Shown here piece by piece: positions 10,301-17,130 of a stretch of DNA of 64,000 nucleotides. A model generated the notes under the pieces. The model worked only from the letters and a program-made list of their open reading frames with translations, was not told the origin of the DNA and ran no database searches. A program made the translations under genes and the position numbers. This DNA comes from Euryarchaeota archaeon UBA52 (GTDB lineage: Archaea > Thermoplasmatota > Poseidoniia > Poseidoniales > Thalassarchaeaceae): assembly GCA_002505455.1 (NCBI GenBank), contig DAVB01000055.1:11710-75709 (forward strand), written 5' to 3'. Every line of letters starts with the position of its first letter. Positions within the stretch are counted from its first letter, which is position 1.

Positions 10301-10461
10301 AGACAGCATGCCCACCAGGAGAGCATCAGCCCACTCCAGGTCAAACTGGCTGTGTTGAGAAAGAGGATGGAGGGGGGCTGCTCCCTGGATTCTCTTCTTT
10401 CTTCGCCCTCATGGCGCTAGTGGGTGCTGCATCGATGTTCTCTGCTCGTAAGCAGGACTGA
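7345..10461 (+). CDS. Secreted/cell-surface protein: signal peptide, 7-bladed RCC1-like beta-propeller, long array of Cys-containing tandem repeats, PGF-CTERM archaeosortase sorting signal.
   Basis: Signal-peptide-like start MAKSPWTGIFLATLMVLFS. Seven RCC1-type blades (VCWGRTDFGQTG, YCWGSNVNGQIGNG, YCWGLNNMGQVGNG, YCWGGDMNCRVTG, VCWGANTESQQGIG, YCWGDNWGGNTGD, HCWGAYAWNN). About 45 half-repeats of consensus C-x2-G-x-Y-Q-P-x2-G-Q-x2-C. C-terminus LLPGFSSFFALMALVGAASMFSARKQD is PGF + TM + basic tail. The ORF track begins at 7156 overlapping ALDH; the start is reassigned to the first Met after the TATA box. Confidence 0.8.
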   Translation: MAKSPWTGIFLATLMVLFSTHPLLVDSGPQTETEIRSDEIRLGTIANNSPGQVLGHIDTHDTLSIGRQFACALTENSSVVCWGRTDFGQTGIGVTGNQVYHNMTYVDALNGMGIVEVSAHLDHACGLTSQGAVYCWGSNVNGQIGNGQIGSTELTPTLALLPQGVVAKSLSQGPSSHTCAISTDGDLYCWGLNNMGQVGNGQLCANWGDTYTNPCSNGGSGILVPELINMPTGVTVTSVSVGGEHTCATGSDGGVYCWGGDMNCRVTGGDGVSDDPITGNQGCNYYHHTLSPRKLTMSNTEVTIQDAANLSFVQVVSGWVFSCAMTNSGDGVCWGANTESQQGIGNNSNLDFAVVPTLVQGPSGESMTSMSATTAQACAMYDQTGAYCWGDNWGGNTGDYDGSNAVLCNYSGLENGGGNVNCQDRAAPHQVHTGGNYTAVVMGAANACGLDASNDIHCWGAYAWNNVNQTQHHVLWGTRVPELMQLPGTAKIALDDLDSDNDGLNSPFDLWPEGCPSGWYQDAPNSCDESPPGHYAEESLPWNLVICESGTYQPNGGQTSCIDSTPGYHVPNEGALSQIICLAGSYQPNARSSTCILADPGYMVSTPGKIDQTACNAGRFSSVSGSTECVRAQPGFYVSGSGSAEEAPCPPGSYAPAHGSISCISTSPGQYTDAPASTQPASCDPGSYQPDFGQSSCLLAPAGNYVSESMASSYQPCLSGHYQSAEGMTECVTTPPGTYTPGASFTAPVDCPAGTYQPSSGAERCIDATPGSYAASEGGVEAVECSPGTYQPQSGQSACLEADAGHYITLRAAKSQMPCPVTTFQPQTGQTACLDVEPGHYADGVGAVEQTPCDAGEYQPSSKSTSCKIVPAGHYSVGSGSIDFIACMPGTYQPTSGMSGCIDADQGNYVGESSQLMQTPCSKGTYQPSTASSECLSADAGYFVESTGSTEQTPCEAGSYQPVEGRSNCIYSSINNYVPEAGSAVQTACPPGEHQPTPGQTGCVEKEDGGGLLPGFSSFFALMALVGAASMFSARKQD
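8887..10353 (+). repeat. Intragenic degenerate tandem repeat (~96-nt / 32-aa unit, ~15 copies) encoding the Cys-rich stalk (C-P-x-G-x-Y-Q-P-x2-G-Q-x2-C ... G-x-Y-V-x3-G-S-x2-Q-T-P)
   Basis: Periodic recurrence of GSYQP/GTYQP...GQ..C and ..GHY/GNYV...GS..QTPC in the translation from CPSGWYQD to CVEKEDGG. Confidence 0.6.
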
Positions 10462-10481
10462 CTTGTTGACATGATCGATGG

Positions 10482-10553
10482 TGCGCACGCCGGGACTTGA
10501 ACCCGGGTAACGAGGTTGGGAACCTCGTATCATAACCGCTAGATCACGTGCGC
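10482..10553 (-). tRNA. tRNA-Gly (anticodon CCC), 72 nt, no encoded CCA, no intron
   Basis: Reverse complement is GCGCACGTGATCTAGCGGTTATGATACGAGGTTCCCAACCTCGTTACCCGGGTTCAAGTCCCGGCGTGCGCA. Perfect 7-bp acceptor stem. Anticodon stem CGAGG/CCTCG with loop TTCCCAA (U33, CCC, A37). 4-nt variable loop. Perfect T-stem CCGGG/CCCGG with loop TTCAAGT. Confidence 0.8.
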
Positions 10554-10640
10554 TTGGAATACCCGATTGCACCTGCGGTCATGAATACTGGGGTACGGGG
10601 TTCAGCCATGTTGAAGCACTAGTTAGCACGAGAGCGTGTC

Positions 10641-11198
10641 ATGGAAGTTTCTAGAGAGTTGGTTCGCACAGTGGTATTCGTACTTGGTCCGATGGTTCTT
10701 GCATCATACGTTATTGGAATTCGGAGGATGGATGATCCAATGGAATTGTGGGGCGGTATCCCCGAATCCTGGAGGAGACTCAACGTGATGTGCATGTTCA
10801 TTGCAGCTGCTGGTTTTCTGATTGCCTGGTGGCAACTTCTCTTTGGGTGGGACGTTGGTGTTGTCGAATCTACAGGGTGGCCTTGGAGTGGAGATGTTTC
10901 AGAAGGAGGACACGGGCGAATCCTCATCGCTTTTCTATTGATACTGATACCATCAATGCTATGGCTCGAATTGACCCACATACACATACAGAATAACTCA
11001 TCATTCACCCAGTGGATCGTTATAGCGAACCTCTGGCTTGTAGTATCCGGCAATGTCCTTTTGATTCTCTTTGGGTGGAGCGCATGGAGCGGGGGCGCCA
11101 GTGGGACGGACATACTACCTCTGCTTGGAGGCCTTATGCTTGGAATCCAGGTAATAGTGAACGATGGAATTCTCTGGGTATGGAAGTATCCTTGGTGA
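10641..11198 (+). CDS. Hypothetical polytopic membrane protein (Trp-rich, ~5 TM). Possibly a second small membrane subunit associated with the downstream SDH genes.
   Basis: Strongly hydrophobic helices with protein-like composition. The overlapping minus-strand ORF (10619..11272) is low-complexity P/S/T/R-rich and is judged spurious. Confidence 0.4.
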   Translation: MEVSRELVRTVVFVLGPMVLASYVIGIRRMDDPMELWGGIPESWRRLNVMCMFIAAAGFLIAWWQLLFGWDVGVVESTGWPWSGDVSEGGHGRILIAFLLILIPSMLWLELTHIHIQNNSSFTQWIVIANLWLVVSGNVLLILFGWSAWSGGASGTDILPLLGGLMLGIQVIVNDGILWVWKYPW

Positions 11199-11414
11199 TT
11201 TATGGGAAGAATGGTTCCCCGCATTCCGGGCACGGTAGGCCTGGTAGAAACGCGCCCGGCATATATCCGCAATTGAGGCAGATCGAAGAGGATATTTCTT
11301 CCATTATATGGCCCCTGCTAACACTTTCTTCATTCATTATTCATCAAGTTGATGGACATTCAAAATGGTCAGCCTTATGCAGTGCCTACTGAGGAGACTA
11401 GTGAGGCGCCGTAG

Positions 11415-12203
11415 ATGAGAGGGTACCAACGTCTGCCCCTCGTGAAGGGTTTTGGCAAAACACAGAGGATCGACAATTGGTGGAATCAGCCGGCAATAAT
11501 GGCCGTTGCACTTGGATTAGCGATGCTCTACACAGGCCTTAGGGTGATTATGCTTGATGGCAGCATCCACTATGAAAATCATCGAGTAACTTCTCCAATA
11601 TTCTCTCCAGACGTGCTACACATGTTCCACATTACGAATCATCCCGGATGGATGAATTCTGCAATGTTGATTCTATGGATACCATTCGGATTCAGAGGGA
11701 CTTGTTATTACATGCGGAAGGTGTACCATCGAACTTTCTTCCAGAATCCAACAGCATGCATGGTTGCGAAGCCCGGGATCAATCACGGAGTTGGTTACTC
11801 GGGGGAGCGAGGAGTCTTCATCATCAACAATATTCATCGCTACATGCTCTATCTTGCAGTCATTATCCTCTCGTTGAAATATTACGATGTGGTTCGCACA
11901 ATGAGATTCGATGGTTCTTGGGGATTCTCCGTAGGCACTCTGATTCTCGCATTGGAGTCTTTTCTACTGACTATGTACGTAGTCTCATGTCATGCATTCA
12001 GACACCTTTTTGGAGGTTCTCTTGACCAATGGCGAGGTGGTATTTCATCTGTGGCTGGAAGAATATTCAGATTCTCGAGCCATCATAATGCTAGTCACAA
12101 TCTCTGGTTTTGGACATCTCTTGCAATGGTTTTTCTGGGAGATATATTCGTTCTTTCAGTTGCTGAGGGTCTAATTAGCGATCCTAGTTTCATAATGGGG
12201 TGA
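11415..12203 (+). CDS. Putative succinate dehydrogenase / fumarate reductase membrane anchor (cytochrome b-like, ~5 TM)
   Basis: 262-aa polytopic membrane protein with several His residues inside helices. It sits 4 nt upstream of sdhA with sdhB following (C-A-B order). Assigned by synteny, not by motif. Confidence 0.4.
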   Translation: MRGYQRLPLVKGFGKTQRIDNWWNQPAIMAVALGLAMLYTGLRVIMLDGSIHYENHRVTSPIFSPDVLHMFHITNHPGWMNSAMLILWIPFGFRGTCYYMRKVYHRTFFQNPTACMVAKPGINHGVGYSGERGVFIINNIHRYMLYLAVIILSLKYYDVVRTMRFDGSWGFSVGTLILALESFLLTMYVVSCHAFRHLFGGSLDQWRGGISSVAGRIFRFSSHHNASHNLWFWTSLAMVFLGDIFVLSVAEGLISDPSFIMG

Positions 12204-12207
12204 TTGG

Positions 12208-14037
12208 ATGTACGATTACGAATCTCATGAGCATGATGTCGTCGTAATCGGAGCGGGCGGGGCAGGTCTCAGAGCTGCTATTGAGGCTAGTTCCATGGGT
12301 GTCAGCGTGGCATTGGTCTGCAAATCAATGTTGGGCAAGGCACACACTGTTATGGCAGAGGGGGGTGCTGCTGCTGCACTTGCTAACAAGGACTCTCGTG
12401 ATTCATGGAAGACGCACTTCAGAGACACGATGAAGGGTGGAAAATATCTCAATGACTGGAGAATGGCGCGTATCCATGCTCAAGAAGCTCCCGATCGGAT
12501 AAGAGAGCTTGAGACATGGGGGGCCGTGTTCGATCGAACTCGAGAAGGGCGGGTCAATCAGCGAAATTTTGGTGGTCACACATACCCTAGGCTTGCGCAC
12601 ATCGGAGATGCCACTGGACTCGAAATAATTCGGACTCTTCAAGAAAAGGGAGTGCATATGGGAATGGACGTTTTCATGGAATTTACGGTATGCAGATTAT
12701 TCACCTCTGACGGACGGATATCAGGATGCTTGGCATATGATAGGCAGAGGGGAAGAGCTCATGTCTTCAAAGCGAAAACCATCGTACTTGCCACAGGAGG
12801 AATAACTCGGTGCTGGTCAGTATGCTCTGGCTCTTGGGAATATACTGGGGACGGTCATGCATTGGCATATTGGACTGGTGCAGAAATGGGCGATATGGAA
12901 TTCGTCCAATTCCATCCGACTGGCATGATATGGCCACCAAGCGTTCGTGGTATACTAGTCACCGAAGGAGTAAGGGGGGAGGGGGGCATGTTAAGAAACT
13001 CAGAAGGGGATCGTTTCATGTTCAACTATATCCCTGAGATGTACAGGGACGAGTTCGCAGATACTGAAGAAGAGGCTCTAGCATGGGTTCAAGAAGTGAT
13101 ATCGGATAAACAAGCTACGAATAGGAGGCCTCCAGAGCTTCTGACTCGCGATGTGGTTGCCAAGGCAATTAACAGCGAAAAGGCAGCGGGTCGAGCTAGT
13201 GAGCATGGTGGAGCGTATCTGAATATATCATGGCGACCGGCTGATCAGGTTCGCAAGAAATTACCCGGTATGTATCATCAGTTCAAGGAACTTGCAGGAG
13301 TGGACATAACAAAGCAGCCGATGGAAGTGGGGCCAACGGCGCATTATGTGATGGGAGGGGTGAGAGTGGATCCTGAATCCCAAGAGTCAACTGTTCCAGG
13401 CCTATATGCCGCTGGAGAAACTGCAACGGGATTGCATGGAGCCAACAGATTGGGTGGAAACTCTCTTTCGGATCTTGTGACATTTGGACGGCGGGCGGGC
13501 CTATATGCTTCGAAAACGGCATCTGCTATGGAATCGTGGGGGGAGATAGAAGAAGAAGAAATACAAAACGGCATCGAACACATGATGGCTCCATTGAATC
13601 GTGAAGGAGGGGAGAATCCCGCTGCTATTGTGCATGATCTTAGGGAGATGATGCAAGAAAAAGTAGGGATAATCAGAACTCGGGAACAGTTGGTAGAGGC
13701 GCTAGATGATCTTGAGGCGTTGAGAATACGTTCACAATCTTGTTCACCCGGGGGCGGATTGATTTACAATCCGGGTTGGCATCAAGCTCTCGAGCTGGAG
13801 GCCATGATTGATGTCAGCCAAATGTGTGCTCTTGCAGCTCTAGAAAGAGAAGAGAGTCGCGGCGGGCATACGCGCGATGATTTTCCGGTCCCCGATCATG
13901 ATTCCTGGGGTAAAGTAAACAGCGTAATTACGAAAGATTCTGATGGAAGTATGAAAATTGATCATAGGAGTTATCCGCCGATACCAGATGAGTTGAAGCA
14001 ATTGCTCGATTCTGATGACCTGGACGGTGATTCCTGA
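12208..14037 (+). CDS. sdhA: Succinate dehydrogenase / fumarate reductase flavoprotein subunit
   Basis: FAD-binding Rossmann start DVVVIGAGGAGLRAAIEA. Flavoprotein motifs FHPTG, HYVMGGV and AAGETATGLHGANRLGGNSL, with the His in SRGGHTRDD. 609 aa. Confidence 0.95.
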   Translation: MYDYESHEHDVVVIGAGGAGLRAAIEASSMGVSVALVCKSMLGKAHTVMAEGGAAAALANKDSRDSWKTHFRDTMKGGKYLNDWRMARIHAQEAPDRIRELETWGAVFDRTREGRVNQRNFGGHTYPRLAHIGDATGLEIIRTLQEKGVHMGMDVFMEFTVCRLFTSDGRISGCLAYDRQRGRAHVFKAKTIVLATGGITRCWSVCSGSWEYTGDGHALAYWTGAEMGDMEFVQFHPTGMIWPPSVRGILVTEGVRGEGGMLRNSEGDRFMFNYIPEMYRDEFADTEEEALAWVQEVISDKQATNRRPPELLTRDVVAKAINSEKAAGRASEHGGAYLNISWRPADQVRKKLPGMYHQFKELAGVDITKQPMEVGPTAHYVMGGVRVDPESQESTVPGLYAAGETATGLHGANRLGGNSLSDLVTFGRRAGLYASKTASAMESWGEIEEEEIQNGIEHMMAPLNREGGENPAAIVHDLREMMQEKVGIIRTREQLVEALDDLEALRIRSQSCSPGGGLIYNPGWHQALELEAMIDVSQMCALAALEREESRGGHTRDDFPVPDHDSWGKVNSVITKDSDGSMKIDHRSYPPIPDELKQLLDSDDLDGDS

Positions 14038-14825
14038 TGAAGAAGCAAGTGACTTTTCGGGTATTCAGAAGCCACTCGGGGGAACGGCCCTATGCTAGCC
14101 ACCCAAGAACCGAATCATCAGTTGGCAAAATGTCTGACTATGAAGTCGAATATGATGAGGGGATGGTTGTTCTAGATGTCATCCACAGAATACAAGCAGA
14201 ACAAGCTCCTGATTTAGCGTGTCGTTGGAACTGCAAAGCGGGAAAGTGCGGCTCCTGCTCTGCAGAAGTCAATGGCAAATCTCGCTTAATGTGTATGACC
14301 AGAATGTCAGACATCATGGAAGAGACGCCCGAGAATGAACCAGTTACTGTACGTCCAATGCAGGGCTTCCCACTAATTCGTGATCTGGTCACTGATGTTA
14401 GTTGGGCTTACGAGATGAATAAGAAGATGGTTCCGGTAAATGGCCCCGATAAACTAGACTGGGAGTTCAATCAAAATGAAGCAGATAGGATTCAGGAGTT
14501 CAGACAATGCATAGAGTGCATGTTATGCGTGAATACGTGCCATGTTCTCAGAGAACATGAGAAATTTGACAAATTTGCAGGTCCGAGATTCTTCGTAAGA
14601 ATGGCAGGACTAGAAATGCATCCACTAGACACTGAAAGCCGTATACCTCAGATTAAAGATGACTTCGGCATAGGTTACTGCAATATCACGAGATGCTGTA
14701 CTGAAGTATGCCCGGCAGGAATCAACATAACAGATAATGCAATTATACCTCTCAAGGAAAGAGTCGTGACAGAGTATTATGATCCGATTTCAATGATTGC
14801 TAGGAAAATTGGAATCAAGCGTTGA
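14037..14825 (+). CDS. sdhB: Succinate dehydrogenase / fumarate reductase iron-sulfur subunit
   Basis: 2Fe-2S motif CRWNCKAGKCGSCSAEVNG, 4Fe-4S motif CIECMLCVNTC and 3Fe-4S motif CTEVCPAG. ATGA overlap with the sdhA stop. Confidence 0.9.
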   Translation: MKKQVTFRVFRSHSGERPYASHPRTESSVGKMSDYEVEYDEGMVVLDVIHRIQAEQAPDLACRWNCKAGKCGSCSAEVNGKSRLMCMTRMSDIMEETPENEPVTVRPMQGFPLIRDLVTDVSWAYEMNKKMVPVNGPDKLDWEFNQNEADRIQEFRQCIECMLCVNTCHVLREHEKFDKFAGPRFFVRMAGLEMHPLDTESRIPQIKDDFGIGYCNITRCCTEVCPAGINITDNAIIPLKERVVTEYYDPISMIARKIGIKR

Positions 14826-14857
14826 ATGAATAAAACGTCTTGAATATGGAATAATGA

Positions 14858-14883
14858 CCTCCGAGAGCAGCCGCCCTCGGAGG
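14858..14883. terminator. Perfect 8-bp inverted repeat (CCTCCGAG-n10-CTCGGAGG) between convergent sdhB and the MC1 gene; possible bidirectional terminator structure
   Basis: Hairpin seen directly in the sequence 33 nt after the sdhB stop. Archaeal termination usually relies on oligo-T, so function is uncertain. Confidence 0.25.
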
Positions 14884-14925
14884 TGTTGCGTAATTCTAAC
14901 CTATGATCAAGGCAGGTTTAGGCAC

Positions 14926-15192
14926 TCAAAGGCGCCTGATGCCTGACTTCTTCACATTGGCCTTCTTGATCTTAGCAGGAAGCCATGCAGGGCCAGAAGC
15001 TGGCCTGTCCACCATAGACACTGAGCCGGTGAAACAGTGAACCCTGTTGGTTCCCCTCTCTCTCAGCTCGATGCTGGTATGTCCTCGAGTTGCGGCCTTT
15101 AGGGCAGCTCCTCGGGGTTGCTTCGAAACGAACACGTGGTCCGAATCGCTTCCGTCTTTGTTTAGCAGTACGAAGTACTTCTTGTCACTCAT
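14926..15192 (-). CDS. Chromosomal (chromatin) protein MC1
   Basis: Strong similarity to Methanosarcina MC1: MSDKKYFVLLNKDG..VFVSKQPRGAALKAATRG...IELRERGTNRVHCFTG...RPASGPAWLPAKIKKANVKK. The start is chosen at the internal Met (MSDKKYF), which has GGAGGT 8 nt upstream. The ORF track extends to 15219. Confidence 0.8.
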   Translation of the reverse strand: MSDKKYFVLLNKDGSDSDHVFVSKQPRGAALKAATRGHTSIELRERGTNRVHCFTGSVSMVDRPASGPAWLPAKIKKANVKKSGIRRL

Positions 15193-15227
15193 GGTACAAT
15201 ACCTCCGACTCACAAGCATGCTGTTGC

Positions 15228-15235
15228 ATATATAT
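15228..15235 (-). promoter_or_regulatory. Candidate TATA box (ATATATAT) ~36-43 nt upstream of the MC1 start codon, with an SD-like GGAGGT in between
   Basis: Seen in sequence: plus-strand catatatatt at 15227-15236 and acctcc at 15201-15206 (= GGAGGT on minus). Confidence 0.35.
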
Positions 15236-15319
15236 TCGTTTCCCCGATTTCGATTGACTGCGAGGGTGGGAGGGTAAAAATTGACACCTCGGAGGAAGAA
15301 AAAACGTCTTTTCGTACTC

Positions 15320-15574
15320 TTAAAATTCAGCGCATGCGAGGGTCTTTGTGGTCGTTACACCGCTTATGGAGCGTATACTCTCAACTACCATTCTGGCTAT
15401 ATCGCCAACTGAATCTGCCTCAACCTTCACAATCAGATCATGGTCGCCAAATAGAACATTTACCTCCGATACGAAATCCATTTTTGATGCTGCCCTATGG
15501 ACCTCTATTTCAGATCCAGGTTCAACGTTGATCAGCACAAATCCTGTCGCCATGTGGGGTAATGACAGTATCAA
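15320..15574 (-). CDS. Stand-alone Lrp/AsnC C-terminal (RAM) ligand-binding domain protein, no HTH
   Basis: ATGFVLINVEPGSE...VSEVNVLFGDHDLIVKVEADSVGDIARMVVESIRSISGVTTTKT matches the RAM-domain fold pattern (beta-alpha-beta-beta-alpha-beta; GxYDLxxKV-like core). Confidence 0.6.
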   Translation of the reverse strand: MILSLPHMATGFVLINVEPGSEIEVHRAASKMDFVSEVNVLFGDHDLIVKVEADSVGDIARMVVESIRSISGVTTTKTLACAEF

Positions 15575-15647
15575 AGTGATGAATGCTTCGTAAAATTGCC
15601 ACTTTCAGTCGATGGGGATATAGGTCGGAGTCGGTTCGGCCGGCTGT

Positions 15648-16289
15648 ATGGCTGACACCATCATCGTGAGAGAATGCCTGCATGGACAGGTTCGTGTGAT
15701 GTATGGGGACCTCACAAAAGAGGAGGGGGATGTGCTGGTAACGCCTGCGAATAATCGTCTTGCAGGTAGGGAAGGCGTCGATGAAATGGTGCATCAAGCT
15801 GCTGGCCCCGAACTCCGGGAACATACTCATGGAATCGCAGTTGAGCGACGAAAAGAGAATCTGCCGCCTTGTGGCGTTGGCGAGGCAGTAGTGACTCCTA
15901 CGTTTTCACTTCCACATGGAAGTCTTGTCCATGTGGTTGGACCTGATTGTCGACGTCCGACACAGGACAGCGATCGAAGAGAGCTTCTCAAAGCAGCCTA
16001 TGCTTCATTGTTCAAGGAAATTAAAGGGATAAAGAATCGAGATACAATTGTTCTTCCACCTCTCAGTATGGACATATTCCAATATCCTCATCGCGAAGGT
16101 GCAAGGATGACCATGGAAATTGTTCTTGCGTGGATGGATTCGGGGGATGACCCTGGAGTTAAAAAGATCAAAATCATCACACAAGAGGCGAATTTCATAA
16201 AAAATATGAAGACTGTTTACAGAGAATCTGAAGACAGGTTTCCCGGTGTCGATCGTACTAGAGAATATCGACGTGGCCTGATTGACTAG
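15648..16289 (+). CDS. Macro domain protein (ADP-ribose / O-acetyl-ADP-ribose binding or deacetylase, Af1521/MacroD-like)
   Basis: VMYGDLTKEEGDVLVTPANNRLAGREGVDEMVHQAAGPEL matches the macro-domain signature (GDIT..DAIVNAAN..L.gGgGVdgAIhraAG). 213 aa. Confidence 0.7.
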   Translation: MADTIIVRECLHGQVRVMYGDLTKEEGDVLVTPANNRLAGREGVDEMVHQAAGPELREHTHGIAVERRKENLPPCGVGEAVVTPTFSLPHGSLVHVVGPDCRRPTQDSDRRELLKAAYASLFKEIKGIKNRDTIVLPPLSMDIFQYPHREGARMTMEIVLAWMDSGDDPGVKKIKIITQEANFIKNMKTVYRESEDRFPGVDRTREYRRGLID

Positions 16290-17065
16290 TTGGCTGTTAC
16301 GCGATTAGAATGAGCCTTTATGGCTTCATGCATAGACATGCGACCGACGGCTACTGCCTTTGCGAGAGATCTTGGGATTGTGAGCCTGCCCTCTGATATT
16401 GTACGGGATCTTCTCTGGATCTCTCTTAATTCCCCATCTGTTGGATCGACGACTAATCGCTGAATAACTCGAGTCCCGATTTTTCGTGCTATTCTTGCAG
16501 CAGAAGCCGAATGATCGTGCCTTGATCCCCTTGATGTTCTTCTCTCATCGACAAATTCGACAACATGGCCTCTGGCCAAACACACGTTGGCAAGCCTCCT
16601 TGCAATAGTTCGAGATCCGTCACCCACGCGAACGAGGTAGGTCTTGGGGGAGATACTTTGAACAATTGACCCTATATGATCGGGTGTTTCATCCACTGAC
16701 TCAAGTTGAACTGTGCCCAATAATTTGCCGCAAGACATCCATGCGAGACCGGGCCTAGGACCGGAATCCACACCAAAGACAAGATGCTTGACAGATGCTG
16801 TTGGGCCCAGTATGGCAGAAGATATCGCTGTCTCTAAATTGTCTACTGTACAAGGCACTCCTCGAGAGTCGGATTGCGACTCGACCTCGGAAGGCGTCCC
16901 AAACCATATCGGCATTGAAGCAGGAACCGGGTCTTCTGGAGCAAGTTGTATCGGCCTTATGCCAGATGATCGCAGTGCATCAATCAACCTGTATGCAAGT
17001 TGGTAATCCCGAGTGCGGATACCTGCGCATTCCACGACAGCAGTTCTGAAAGAGGCGGTGTTCAA
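16286..17065 (-). CDS. Hypothetical protein with putative YqgF/RuvX-like RNase H-fold nuclease domain
   Basis: Central segment LVFGVDSGPRPGLAW (beta1 with Asp) and HVVEFVDERRTS (RuvX-like DERxTS motif). The ~90-aa N-terminal and ~60-aa C-terminal regions are of unknown function. Weak, motif-level only. Confidence 0.35.
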   Translation of the reverse strand: MNTASFRTAVVECAGIRTRDYQLAYRLIDALRSSGIRPIQLAPEDPVPASMPIWFGTPSEVESQSDSRGVPCTVDNLETAISSAILGPTASVKHLVFGVDSGPRPGLAWMSCGKLLGTVQLESVDETPDHIGSIVQSISPKTYLVRVGDGSRTIARRLANVCLARGHVVEFVDERRTSRGSRHDHSASAARIARKIGTRVIQRLVVDPTDGELREIQRRSRTISEGRLTIPRSLAKAVAVGRMSMHEAIKAHSNRVTAN

Positions 17066-17130
17066 GCCTTGCTGTGGGTAATTAGCCGCGAATACGAAAA
17101 TAGGCCATTATATCGAATTAATAATCCTGA

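Noticed and set aside
10619-11272. 217-aa minus-strand ORF overlapping the Trp-rich membrane-protein gene
   Set aside because: P/S/T/R-rich low-complexity translation with no hydrophobic or domain pattern. The plus-strand frame has convincing TM-helix composition, so the minus ORF is treated as a shadow ORF.
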